From a virus (lineage: Duplodnaviria > Caudoviricetes): DNA of 64,000 bases. Made by a program: the position numbers and the translations under genes. Below the pieces are notes generated by a model. That model ran no database searches and was not told the origin of the DNA. It worked only from the letters and a program-made list of their open reading frames with translations. Shown in pieces: positions 55,174 to 63,453 of this stretch; position 1 is the stretch's first letter; each line of letters opens with the position of its first letter. The stretch is from positions 21 through 64,020 of the IMG/VR virus record IMGVR_UViG_3300033066_002315; one strand, given 5' to 3'.

Positions 55174-55716
55174 ATGCTGATCCAGCCGTCGATCGTTCTG
55201 CTCCCTGACGCGAAACGCGCATCGCTCGTCGCTGCCATGGTCCGACCTCTCGCCGATGCGATCGTCCTCGGCGACGCCGCGAAGCAAGCTCACTGGATGA
55301 TCAACGGGCAGAACTTCGGCGAGGTGCACGAGCTGTTCGATTCGATCGCGACCTTCCTGCGCTCGGCGGCCGACACGCTCGCGGAGCGCGCGCGCATCCT
55401 CGGCGCGACGGTGCAGGGCACGGCGGAGAGCTCGGCGAAGCTCTCCGCGCTTCCCGTGTGGCCCGAGGCCGCGATCGATTCGGGCGAGCTGCTCTTCGCG
55501 ATGGCGGTGCGCCTCGCAGTCTTCCGGTCGAGCGTCAACGTCGCGCGGCGCGCCGTCGAGAGCGTCGGCGAGCAGGACACCTTCGACGATCTGGTGCAGA
55601 TCTCGAAGGGCGCGAGCAAGCTGGGATGGTTCGTGCTCGCGCACCTCCCCGACGAGGCCAAGGCGCGCGCGATGAACGAGGCCGAGGCCGTCGTGAAAGT
55701 GATTACGAGCGCGTGA
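55174..55716 (+). CDS. dps: Dps family ferritin-like DNA protection protein
   Basis: KQAHWMINGQNFGEVHELFD...DTLAER, matching the Dps signature; TACGCT-N6-ATG. Confidence 0.9.
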   Translation: MLIQPSIVLLPDAKRASLVAAMVRPLADAIVLGDAAKQAHWMINGQNFGEVHELFDSIATFLRSAADTLAERARILGATVQGTAESSAKLSALPVWPEAAIDSGELLFAMAVRLAVFRSSVNVARRAVESVGEQDTFDDLVQISKGASKLGWFVLAHLPDEAKARAMNEAEAVVKVITSA

Positions 55717-55719
55717 GGC

Positions 55720-56400
55720 TCACGCGCTCGCGCTCTTCGACTCGCGCTCGATCTTGTCGAGCGCGCGCTGAAGGGCGGCGGCGGTGTCCTCGGCGATCGA
55801 TGCGCCGTCGAGGAAACGCGTGAGGCGACTTCGATCGCGGTGGATCATGCCAGCGATCCGGATGAGGCTCACCCCTGACGCCTGCACCGTGACGAGGCGA
55901 GCGCGGAGCGCGGTCTGATCGGTCAGCACCGGCTCCTTCGGCTTGAAGGTCAGACCGAGCACGAGAAACTTGCTCGTGCTCCAACCGAGCCGAGTTGCCA
56001 TCTCGTCGATCACGTCTTCGGTGAGCGGAGCTCCACCGCTCTCGCGTCGACTCACCTGGTGCTGCGTGACACCCACGTGGAGGCCGAACTCGGCCTGCGT
56101 GAGGCCGAGCGAGAGCCGGACGTTCTTCACCACCCTGCCGAGCACGTTGCGCTCGGTGCGATCGAACTCGCGCCCCCTCACGGCCGAAGGTTCGAGCACC
56201 TCCAGCAACATCTCGCTCACCGACAGCTTGAGCGCGTCGGCGGTGCTCTCCAAGCTCGTCTCGCGCACCGGGTGCTGTCCGCTCTCGCGGCGGACGATCG
56301 TCGACTGATCGACGCCGCAGAGCTTGCCAAGCTCCGCTTGCGTGTACCCGCGCGTGCGCCGCGCGGCCTCCATGACCCTCGAAAAAACTCTCTCATTCAT
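55720..56400 (-). CDS. XRE-family regulator with three HTH-like domains
   Basis: RGYTQAELGK..GV.QSTI.RRESG; LGLTQAEF...GV.QHQVSRRESG; third HTH-like segment. Confidence 0.85.
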   Translation of the reverse strand: MNERVFSRVMEAARRTRGYTQAELGKLCGVDQSTIVRRESGQHPVRETSLESTADALKLSVSEMLLEVLEPSAVRGREFDRTERNVLGRVVKNVRLSLGLTQAEFGLHVGVTQHQVSRRESGGAPLTEDVIDEMATRLGWSTSKFLVLGLTFKPKEPVLTDQTALRARLVTVQASGVSLIRIAGMIHRDRSRLTRFLDGASIAEDTAAALQRALDKIERESKSASA

Positions 56401-56849
56401 GCTCGATCTCTATGCGCGGCGTCGGCGCGCTCCAGTTCTTCCAGCGATCGCGCCCAGGTTCCGAGCGCGTGAGACCACGATCGATCGTGCGCGTGCGTCT
56501 CTGCGCTGGCGCGAACGCAGAGCGCCACGCGCGCGATGTCGTTCACCGGCTGCGCGAGCACCGGCAGCTCGCGCGGCGGTGAGATCGCGACGGACACTTC
56601 CAACTCGAGCAGCGCGCCGACGGCCCGCGACCGCGCGGCGGCGACGTCGCGCTCTCGCTCGCGCATGTCGCTGCGGAGAGCGAACGCGGCAACGGTTTCG
56701 ACGACCATGGCCTCGCGCGCCTCGGCCAGCGTCAGCAACGCGTCCGAGGCCTCGCGCGCCGTGCTCGCCAGCGCGCAGAGGCGCGCGCGCCGCGCCGCGG
56801 TGAACGTGAGCAGCGGATCGCTCTCGGCCGCGAGCGCGAGCGCGCTCAA
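56397..56849 (-). CDS. Hypothetical helical protein
   Basis: TTG overlaps upstream TGA. Confidence 0.45.
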   Translation of the reverse strand: MSALALAAESDPLLTFTAARRARLCALASTAREASDALLTLAEAREAMVVETVAAFALRSDMRERERDVAAARSRAVGALLELEVSVAISPPRELPVLAQPVNDIARVALCVRASAETHAHDRSWSHALGTWARSLEELERADAAHRDRA

Positions 56850-57250
56850 TTCTGCTCTCCCTGCTCGCGCGCCGCGCTCACCAGCTCGTCCCAGCGCGCG
56901 CGCGCCGCGGCATTGCACTCGGTCGCGAGCCGCGCCTCTTCCTCTTCGCCGATGTGCTCGTCCGCGACGAACGGGATCGCTTCGGCGTCGAGACCGAGCC
57001 AGGGGCCGGCGGGCAGCTCGCCCTCGGGCAACGAGTCGACCAGGCGATCGGCCCAGGCCTCGCCAGCGAGGCGCGCGAACGGCTGATGCGGCACGGCGTG
57101 CCCTTGCATGAGGTGCACGCACAGGTGCAGGTACATCTCTTCGGCCGTCTCCGCGAACGTGTCCGGCGGAGTCTTCGCGATGGGACAGCCGCGGCACGCG
57201 TAGCCGTGCTCGGTGTGAGCGATGGTGACGGGAAACTTCTTCTGGCTCAT
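56846..57250 (-). CDS. Hypothetical protein
   Basis: SD AGGAG; CRGC...HLCVH. Confidence 0.6.
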   Translation of the reverse strand: MSQKKFPVTIAHTEHGYACRGCPIAKTPPDTFAETAEEMYLHLCVHLMQGHAVPHQPFARLAGEAWADRLVDSLPEGELPAGPWLGLDAEAIPFVADEHIGEEEEARLATECNAAARARWDELVSAAREQGEQN

Positions 57251-57259
57251 GACGTGCTC

Positions 57260-57526
57260 CTAGATGGGAAGGGACTGCAGGATCGCGAGCACGTCGCGCA
57301 GCTTCGCGGTCTCGCGCGCAAGCGCGCCGTGCTCCTTCTCGTCTTCGGTCGCGGGATCTTCGTACCGCACGCGCCACGCGCCGCCCTCGACGAGCTGGCG
57401 CTGCCGCGTCTCGGCGTAGCGGAGGCGCGCCTCGACCAGCACGGTGATATCGGGCAGGCCAGCGATCCCCGCGGTGATCTCGTCGCTGAGCGCGGTCGTG
57501 GCGTCGTTGTGGATGAAGTCGGGCAT
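57260..57526 (-). CDS. Hypothetical protein
   Basis: SD GGAG. Confidence 0.6.
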   Translation of the reverse strand: MPDFIHNDATTALSDEITAGIAGLPDITVLVEARLRYAETRQRQLVEGGAWRVRYEDPATEDEKEHGALARETAKLRDVLAILQSLPI

Positions 57527-57541
57527 GGTCGTCTCCGTTTT

Positions 57542-57880
57542 TCACACCGCCGGGAGCGCGCGGCGCGCCTGGGCGCGGATGGCGCGCGCGTCCGCTTTGA
57601 TCTCGCGGCACCAGACCGGGAGCGCCTTGTCCTGGCGCTTCGAATTGCACGAGGTGCAGGCGAGCACGAGGTTCGTCGCCACGTCCGCGCCGCCGGCCGC
57701 CTTCGGCGTCAGGTGGTCGAGGTGCATGTGACGGCCGCGGCGAAGCTCCACCTTGGAAGAAACGCTGCAGTAGATGCAGCGCTCGCCGTCGCGAGCCCGG
57801 ATCTGGCGAGCGACCTTGCCGAGGCGCTTGCTGAGGGATTCACGGTTCGGGCGGCTGTTGTGGGCGGCGGAGTTGCACAT
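57542..57880 (-). CDS. HNH endonuclease
   Basis: RDGERCIYC...LDHLTP..GG...NLVLACTSCNSKR. Confidence 0.9.
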   Translation of the reverse strand: MCNSAAHNSRPNRESLSKRLGKVARQIRARDGERCIYCSVSSKVELRRGRHMHLDHLTPKAAGGADVATNLVLACTSCNSKRQDKALPVWCREIKADARAIRAQARRALPAV

Positions 57881-57896
57881 CGCGTTTGTGAGAATG

Positions 57897-57937
57897 ATTA
57901 TGCATCTAGACGGATGCTTGCGCAACAGCAAAACGAC
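57897..57937 (-). promoter_or_regulatory. Early promoter copy 6 (TTGCGC-N17-CATAAT)
   Basis: Consensus match at the edge of the AT-rich divergent control region. Confidence 0.75.
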
Positions 57938-58161
57938 ACAAGGCTAAAAGAAAGACGGCCTGGGCCGTAAAAACGCCGTGGAATGGCGTTAAACGAGGCC
58001 TGGTAGAGCGGACGATGAATAGAGGGTCGGGCGCCTGCGGACATGTAGAAGGGCGCACGGAGCGCGCTGGATGGGTAAAAAGCGTCCAGAGACGCGCACT
58101 TGCGCACCGGGCGTTTTTTTTGTCTGGCGAACCGGACGGACGTGACTGTAAAACGCCTGAC

Positions 58162-58452
58162 ATGCCCGACCGCCCGACCGCTGCACGGACCCGCCGACGG
58201 AAGAAGAAGAGCACGCCGCGTCCCTTCGCGTTCTTCCGGCCGCGCGCGCCCGACGTGGACGCCGGGATGCGCGTGAAGGATCTCCTCTCGTTGCCGAGCG
58301 AGGCCGCGGTGATCCGGCTCGGCATCCACGTGGTGCACGCTCTCGTCGAGAGTTGCGAGAGCGTCGAGCTGGCACGTGAGAAGCTCGGGCCCGCGCTCGA
58401 CATGGTGCTCGCGGTGAGGCGTGGGCGCGGGCCCAAGCGCGACGCGGCGTAG
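58162..58452 (+). CDS. Hypothetical protein with basic N-terminus
   Basis: First plus-strand ORF after the control region; start uncertain. Confidence 0.5.
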   Translation: MPDRPTAARTRRRKKKSTPRPFAFFRPRAPDVDAGMRVKDLLSLPSEAAVIRLGIHVVHALVESCESVELAREKLGPALDMVLAVRRGRGPKRDAA

Positions 58453-58523
58453 CAGACGCGGAGCGCAACCTCGGATCTTGCGCGGGGCTCGCGTTCGCGG
58501 GCTCCGATGGCGTGGTGTTGCCG

Positions 58524-59927
58524 ATGGCTCGAGACCTCGTATCCGATCTGCTGATCGCCTTCGATGCGGTGCCGGCCGACGTGCTGCCCTCGCCGCACCG
58601 GATCGTGCTCGTGATCCTCGCCGACGCGACAGCGCGTGACGGTGATGCGTGGCCGAGCGCGGCGACCGTTGCACGGCGCGCGGGCCTCGGCCTGCGCACC
58701 GTCGAAGAGGTGCTCGTGGAGCTCCGCGACGCCGAATGGATCACGCTCGTCGGGCGCACCGCGTACCGCACCAAGCGCTACGTCGTGCAGCTCGATGGGA
58801 AGCCCGTGCTGCGTCGCCGCGCCGGGCGACACGAGAGCGCACCGCCAAGCTCGCAGGACGGCGAACCCGCACGGGGCGCGGGTTCAACCCGCACGGGGCG
58901 CGGGTTCAACCCGCACGGGGCGCGGGTTCAACCCGCACGGGGCGCGGGTTTGGTTGCCGCGCCGGAGCCTGATTTCGAGGCCGCGCTCGCTGCTGACCCG
59001 CACGGGGCGCGGGTTCAACCCGCACGGGGCGCGGGTTTGACGCTTCATACCCGCACGGGGCGCGGACAAACGGATCAGATCTCTAGTACAGAGACGGAGG
59101 ATCCGGATCCTGCTGATCTCAAACTGGATCGTGATCTCCAGGCTGGGGGGGTGCAGGGGGGGGACGTTCGCACGCTGCTCGACCTCGGGCAGCCGGTCGA
59201 TCCGCCAGCACCACCACGCAAGCGACCGTCGACGCGGATGCCCGAGCTTTGGGGCCCAGAGCCTGCGGCGTATCGCTTCGGTGCCGATCGCGGCCTCGCG
59301 CGCGAAGACGTGAACACCGAGGCCGACCTCTTTCGCGAGCACGCGCGTGCTCACGACCGCCGCGCCGTGGACTGGCATGCGTGTTTCCGCACCTGGCTCG
59401 GCAAGGAAGCGAAGATCCGCAGCGAGCGCCGCGCAAAGGCGCCGCCGCAGAGCGCGCCGAGCACCAGCGTTGCCCTCGAGCTGGTGCGCTTCTGGGCTGG
59501 GCAGAGCTACCACGCCGGCACGACGCCGCTGGTGACCAGCGACCGCGCGGCGATCGTGCAGCGTGTTCTCGACCAGGGCGTGCCCGAGCCGATGGTGCGC
59601 GCCGCGATCGCCGGCGTGCTGCGCGACCCGTGGATGCTGGGCAAGGCGCCGAACGCGCCCGCTGGCGGCCGCATGAGCATCGAGTTCATCCTGCGCAGCG
59701 TCGCCGAGATCGAGCGGCTCGCGGCGCTTGCTGGAGCAGCGGGCGCGCCGCGCGGCGACGCCGCGATCATTCCCGCACCGCCGGGCGTGGACCCGAGCGA
59801 TCCTCGTCAGCTCGCGCCCAAGCGCTGGAAGGTTCCAGAGGCAACAACACCAATGCCGGAAACGATCGACGCCTTGCGAGAGGGTTGGAGCCTGCTCGAC
59901 GCACCGGAAGATGGAGGCCGCGCGTGA
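58524..59927 (+). CDS. Replication initiator (N-terminal HTH_36-like, lambda O-like layout)
   Basis: AWPSAATVARRAGLGLRTV...L..L HTH; internal iterons; coupled to DnaB. Confidence 0.8.
   Translation: MARDLVSDLLIAFDAVPADVLPSPHRIVLVILADATARDGDAWPSAATVARRAGLGLRTVEEVLVELRDAEWITLVGRTAYRTKRYVVQLDGKPVLRRRAGRHESAPPSSQDGEPARGAGSTRTGRGFNPHGARVQPARGAGLVAAPEPDFEAALAADPHGARVQPARGAGLTLHTRTGRGQTDQISSTETEDPDPADLKLDRDLQAGGVQGGDVRTLLDLGQPVDPPAPPRKRPSTRMPELWGPEPAAYRFGADRGLAREDVNTEADLFREHARAHDRRAVDWHACFRTWLGKEAKIRSERRAKAPPQSAPSTSVALELVRFWAGQSYHAGTTPLVTSDRAAIVQRVLDQGVPEPMVRAAIAGVLRDPWMLGKAPNAPAGGRMSIEFILRSVAEIERLAALAGAAGAPRGDAAIIPAPPGVDPSDPRQLAPKRWKVPEATTPMPETIDALREGWSLLDAPEDGGRA
58864..59066 (+). repeat. Seven 22-bp iterons AACCCGCACGGGGCGCGGGTTC (4 + 2 + 1 partial); probable replication origin
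   Basis: Read directly; each unit carries the inverted repeat AACCCGC/GCGGGTT. Confidence 0.9.
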
Positions 59928-61366
59928 GCGAGGCGCGCAAGGGCCGAGGCCAGCGAGGCGACCGCGAAGATCGCGATCACCTCCGCCTCGTCAACGCACC
60001 GAAGCAGATCGACGGCGTGCCGACGCCGACGAACCTCGACGCCGAGGCCGCGGTGCTGTCGACGATCTTGATCGGGGCCGCGCCTCTTGCGGACGTGCTC
60101 GATCTCCTCCTCCCCGAGCACTTCTTCAGCGAGGCGAACGGGAGGATCTACGAAGCGATGGTCGCGCTGCACGCGGCTGGCTCGCCGATCGACATCGTGT
60201 TCGTGAAGTCGTGGCTGAGCGATCGCGACCGACTGCAGCAGGCCGGCGGTGCGGCGTACATCGGGCAGCTCGTCGACGCGACGCCGGCACCTGCGCACGT
60301 CCGCGAGCACGCCCAGCTCGTCTTCGAGAAGTGGCGCCTTCGGGCTGGCATCGCGACGCAGCAGCGAGGGGCCGCGCTCGGCTACGGCGACGTCGGCACC
60401 ACGCAGGAGTACCTCGACGAGACCGTAGCCGCCCTCACCGCGCTCCGGGACATGCAGCCCGCGAAGGCCGAGGGCACCACCATCGACACGGCCGTGCAGG
60501 AGGCCGCCGATCAGGTCACCGCGATCGAGCGCGGCGTGTCGTTCGGCCTGCTCACCGGGTTCACGGAACACGACAGGCTCACCGGCGGGTTCAAGGCGCC
60601 CGACGTCACGCTGCTCGGCGCGCCGCCGAAGACTGGCAAGACGACGCTCGCGCGCGCGATGACGACCAACATCGCGAGCGTCGCCGACCAGGATGGGGGG
60701 CGCGGCGTGATCTGGATCTCCCTGGAGATGACGCCCAAGGAACAGGCGCTGTGCTGGGCGTGCACGATCGCGCGCGTGGATATCAACCGCGTGTTCAACA
60801 AGACCGCCGAGCCGGACGAACTGCGCGAGTTGTGGAACGCGATGGCCTGGCTGAAGACCCTCCCCATCCACATCTTCGGCCGGCGCACGATCCGCGTGCA
60901 CGAGATCCGGCGCTTGATGCGCGAGGCGAAGGCGGCGCTGGCGAAGAAGCGCGCCACGCCGCGGCTTCTGGTGATCGATCACCTGCAGTTGCTCTTCAAG
61001 AATGAACCGCCGAACGAGCGGCGGAACGACGCCGCGATCATCGGCGACATCACGCGGCAGATCGGCGATATCGCCGACTGGAGCAAGCTGCCGGTGCTGC
61101 TCATCACGCAGCTCACCGAGGACGATAAGGGCCGTTTCAAGGCGCGCGGCTCGCGCGACATCGAAGCAGACTGCCAAAACTTTTGGATGCTCGAAGTCTT
61201 CGACGACAAGCCGGCTCCCACGCATCCGGCGGGGCGACCGACGACACCGCTCGAAGCGAAGCTCTCGGTGAAGTTCCAGCGCAAGGGCGGCAAGGGCGAG
61301 AGCACGCTCTGGTTCACGCCCGCGTACACCGACTTCGCCGAGAGCATCTATGGGGGCGGGCCGTGA
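59924..61366 (+). CDS. dnaB: DnaB-like replicative helicase
   Basis: PTNLDAEAAVL N-domain, GAPPKTGKTT, LVIDHLQL, LITQL, GSRDIEAD. Confidence 0.9.
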   Translation: MSEARKGRGQRGDREDRDHLRLVNAPKQIDGVPTPTNLDAEAAVLSTILIGAAPLADVLDLLLPEHFFSEANGRIYEAMVALHAAGSPIDIVFVKSWLSDRDRLQQAGGAAYIGQLVDATPAPAHVREHAQLVFEKWRLRAGIATQQRGAALGYGDVGTTQEYLDETVAALTALRDMQPAKAEGTTIDTAVQEAADQVTAIERGVSFGLLTGFTEHDRLTGGFKAPDVTLLGAPPKTGKTTLARAMTTNIASVADQDGGRGVIWISLEMTPKEQALCWACTIARVDINRVFNKTAEPDELRELWNAMAWLKTLPIHIFGRRTIRVHEIRRLMREAKAALAKKRATPRLLVIDHLQLLFKNEPPNERRNDAAIIGDITRQIGDIADWSKLPVLLITQLTEDDKGRFKARGSRDIEADCQNFWMLEVFDDKPAPTHPAGRPTTPLEAKLSVKFQRKGGKGESTLWFTPAYTDFAESIYGGGP

Positions 61367-62205
61367 TTCGAGAGGTGACCTTCGCGACCCCGAAGGGCAC
61401 CGAGGTGCTCTCCGGCAACCAGATGCGCCGCATGCACCACTTCGCCGAGGGCTCGCTCGCGAAGCGACAACGGAAGCTCGTGGTGGTCGCTCTGCTCGAC
61501 GCCTTCGCTCGCCACATGCCGCGCCGGCTGCTCGATGACGGGAGGCGCAACGTCTTTCGCGTGACGCTCACCAGGATCACGAAGAGCGGGACCGGCTTCG
61601 AGGAGCACGACAACCTGCGCACCGGCTGCAAGTATTACGTCGACGCGATCGCGGCCGTGATCTTCCGCGGTGCGGCCGCCGTGCTCTCTGCGCTCAACGA
61701 TGCGAGCGGCAAGGAATGGAAGGCGATGGCCGGTCGCGACGACGGCCACCGCGAGATCTCGTGGGGCTATGAGCAGCAGCGCGCGACGGACCTGACCGGC
61801 CTCCGCGTTCACATCGAAGACCTCGAGCCCGGCGAGCCGATGATCGTCCTGAGCGCGACAGCCACGCTCGCCGGCGCCCCGACGTCGAAAGGCAGACCGG
61901 AGAAGCCGCGCCCGCTGGCGAGCTCTCAACAGCAGCAGCTCCTCTTCAGGCCCGCATGGATCGCGCTCCCGTGGCTGCAGACGGATCCGAACGCGGACTG
62001 CTTCGAGAATCTCGTTGAGGGCGATCGACTCGCGCGCATGCTCGACGCGCCGATCTACATCGAGCCGATCGACCCAGGCACCCAGCGTCCCGTGCGACTC
62101 TGGCGCCACGACCACTTTGACGCGGACCTCGGAGGCCGCGTCTGGCTGTACTGCACAATCAAGCCCGCGGGCGTGTCCGCGGAACAACACCGGAGAACGA
62201 AGTGA
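61363..62205 (+). CDS. RusA-like Holliday junction resolvase with C-terminal extension
   Basis: EHDNLRTGCKYYVDA...RDDG motif. Confidence 0.65.
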   Translation: MIREVTFATPKGTEVLSGNQMRRMHHFAEGSLAKRQRKLVVVALLDAFARHMPRRLLDDGRRNVFRVTLTRITKSGTGFEEHDNLRTGCKYYVDAIAAVIFRGAAAVLSALNDASGKEWKAMAGRDDGHREISWGYEQQRATDLTGLRVHIEDLEPGEPMIVLSATATLAGAPTSKGRPEKPRPLASSQQQQLLFRPAWIALPWLQTDPNADCFENLVEGDRLARMLDAPIYIEPIDPGTQRPVRLWRHDHFDADLGGRVWLYCTIKPAGVSAEQHRRTK

Positions 62206-62705
62206 TGACCAACGAAGTCCAAGCTCTCCCCGCGGAGGGCCGCTACCAGCTCGGACCCAACGAGCGTTTCGTCGAGGCCGAGGTGCCGCAGAACCTCGCG
62301 CCTGAGCAGCTCGAAAAGGGCGCGGATCGCATGGCCGAGATCCGCGGCTTGATCAAGACGGCGAAGCAGGAGGCGAAGGATGCTGCCGCCACGTTCAGAC
62401 AGTCGATCAAGACGCTCGAGGCCGAGATGGACGAGCTGGTCGAGCAGCGGAGGACGAAGAAGCGCAAGATCAAAGCTCAGTGCGTCGAGCTCACCAACTT
62501 CCCGAACGGGAAAGAGATCTGGTTCCCGCACCCCGGTCACCCGCGCGCGATCAAGATCGCCGAGATGGCGCTCTCGGCCGAGGAGCTCTCGAAGCCGCCG
62601 CTCTTCGGCGACGGCGGCAAGGCGGGCAACGACACCAGCGGCAAGGTCAAGGGCGGCAAGGTCGGCAAGCGCACCAAGAAGCCCGGCGGTGCGGAGGCGC
62701 ACTGA
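62202..62705 (+). CDS. Hypothetical coiled-coil protein
   Basis: SD GGAG; helical core. Confidence 0.65.
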   Translation: MMTNEVQALPAEGRYQLGPNERFVEAEVPQNLAPEQLEKGADRMAEIRGLIKTAKQEAKDAAATFRQSIKTLEAEMDELVEQRRTKKRKIKAQCVELTNFPNGKEIWFPHPGHPRAIKIAEMALSAEELSKPPLFGDGGKAGNDTSGKVKGGKVGKRTKKPGGAEAH

Positions 62706-62805
62706 AAGAAGACGAGGGGGCGGCGCCCTGTGTGTGGGCGCCGCCCCCTCTTCTGCGCGCGCTGGAGGGCACCGCGTCGCAGATCGTACCCCGACCGAGG
62801 ACAAC

Positions 62806-63453
62806 ATGCACAACAGCTCTTCTTCACCCGACCCGATCCCTGGCCTTGGGCGCGAGGGCGATGCGGCCGCGATCTTCGTCGCGCTCGCAAAGCTCCGCGG
62901 CTGGCAGGGAAACCCGCGCCGCTTCTCTGCCGAGCACGTGCAAGAGATCGCGGCCTCCATGCGCCGCTTCGGATGGGGCGCCCCCGTGCTCGCGCGCTCG
63001 CCCGAGGATCCGGAGATCATCGCGGGGCACGTGCGGCTCCTCGCTGGCGAACTGCTGCGCGTGCCCGTCGCGCCGGTCCGCTGGATGTCGCATCTCAGCG
63101 AGGCCGAGGCGCGCGCGCTCAACATCGCTGACAACCAGCTCGCCTCGCGGTCGCGCTGGGATGATGCGCTGCTCGAAAATGCGCTGCGCGAGTTGCAGGC
63201 GTTCAGTGCAGAGCCCGGCGCCCAGCCGATCGATCTCCGCGTGCTGGGCTTCGGAGAGAAGCGCCTCGATGCGCTGCTCGCCGAGTCGCCTCCCGTCACC
63301 GTGTTGGAGCTCGAGCTCGGCAAGCTTCAGGATCGCTTCTTCCTGAGCGTGCGCGGCCCGGTCCCCACGCAGCCAGATGTACTCGACACGATTCGGCGAC
63401 ACCTCGAAGGCGTCGAAGGCCTCGAAGTCGAGATCGGGATCCTCGCGCGATGA
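62806..63453 (+). CDS. ParB/Srx N-terminal domain protein
   Basis: GNPRR...IAASMRRFGW..PVL...IIAGHVRL...ALNIADN. Confidence 0.85.
   Translation: MHNSSSSPDPIPGLGREGDAAAIFVALAKLRGWQGNPRRFSAEHVQEIAASMRRFGWGAPVLARSPEDPEIIAGHVRLLAGELLRVPVAPVRWMSHLSEAEARALNIADNQLASRSRWDDALLENALRELQAFSAEPGAQPIDLRVLGFGEKRLDALLAESPPVTVLELELGKLQDRFFLSVRGPVPTQPDVLDTIRRHLEGVEGLEVEIGILAR

Noticed and set aside
58864-59066. CRISPR array
   Set aside because: Repeats are mostly directly adjacent with no unique spacers, lie inside a CDS, and no cas genes are present; iterons fit better
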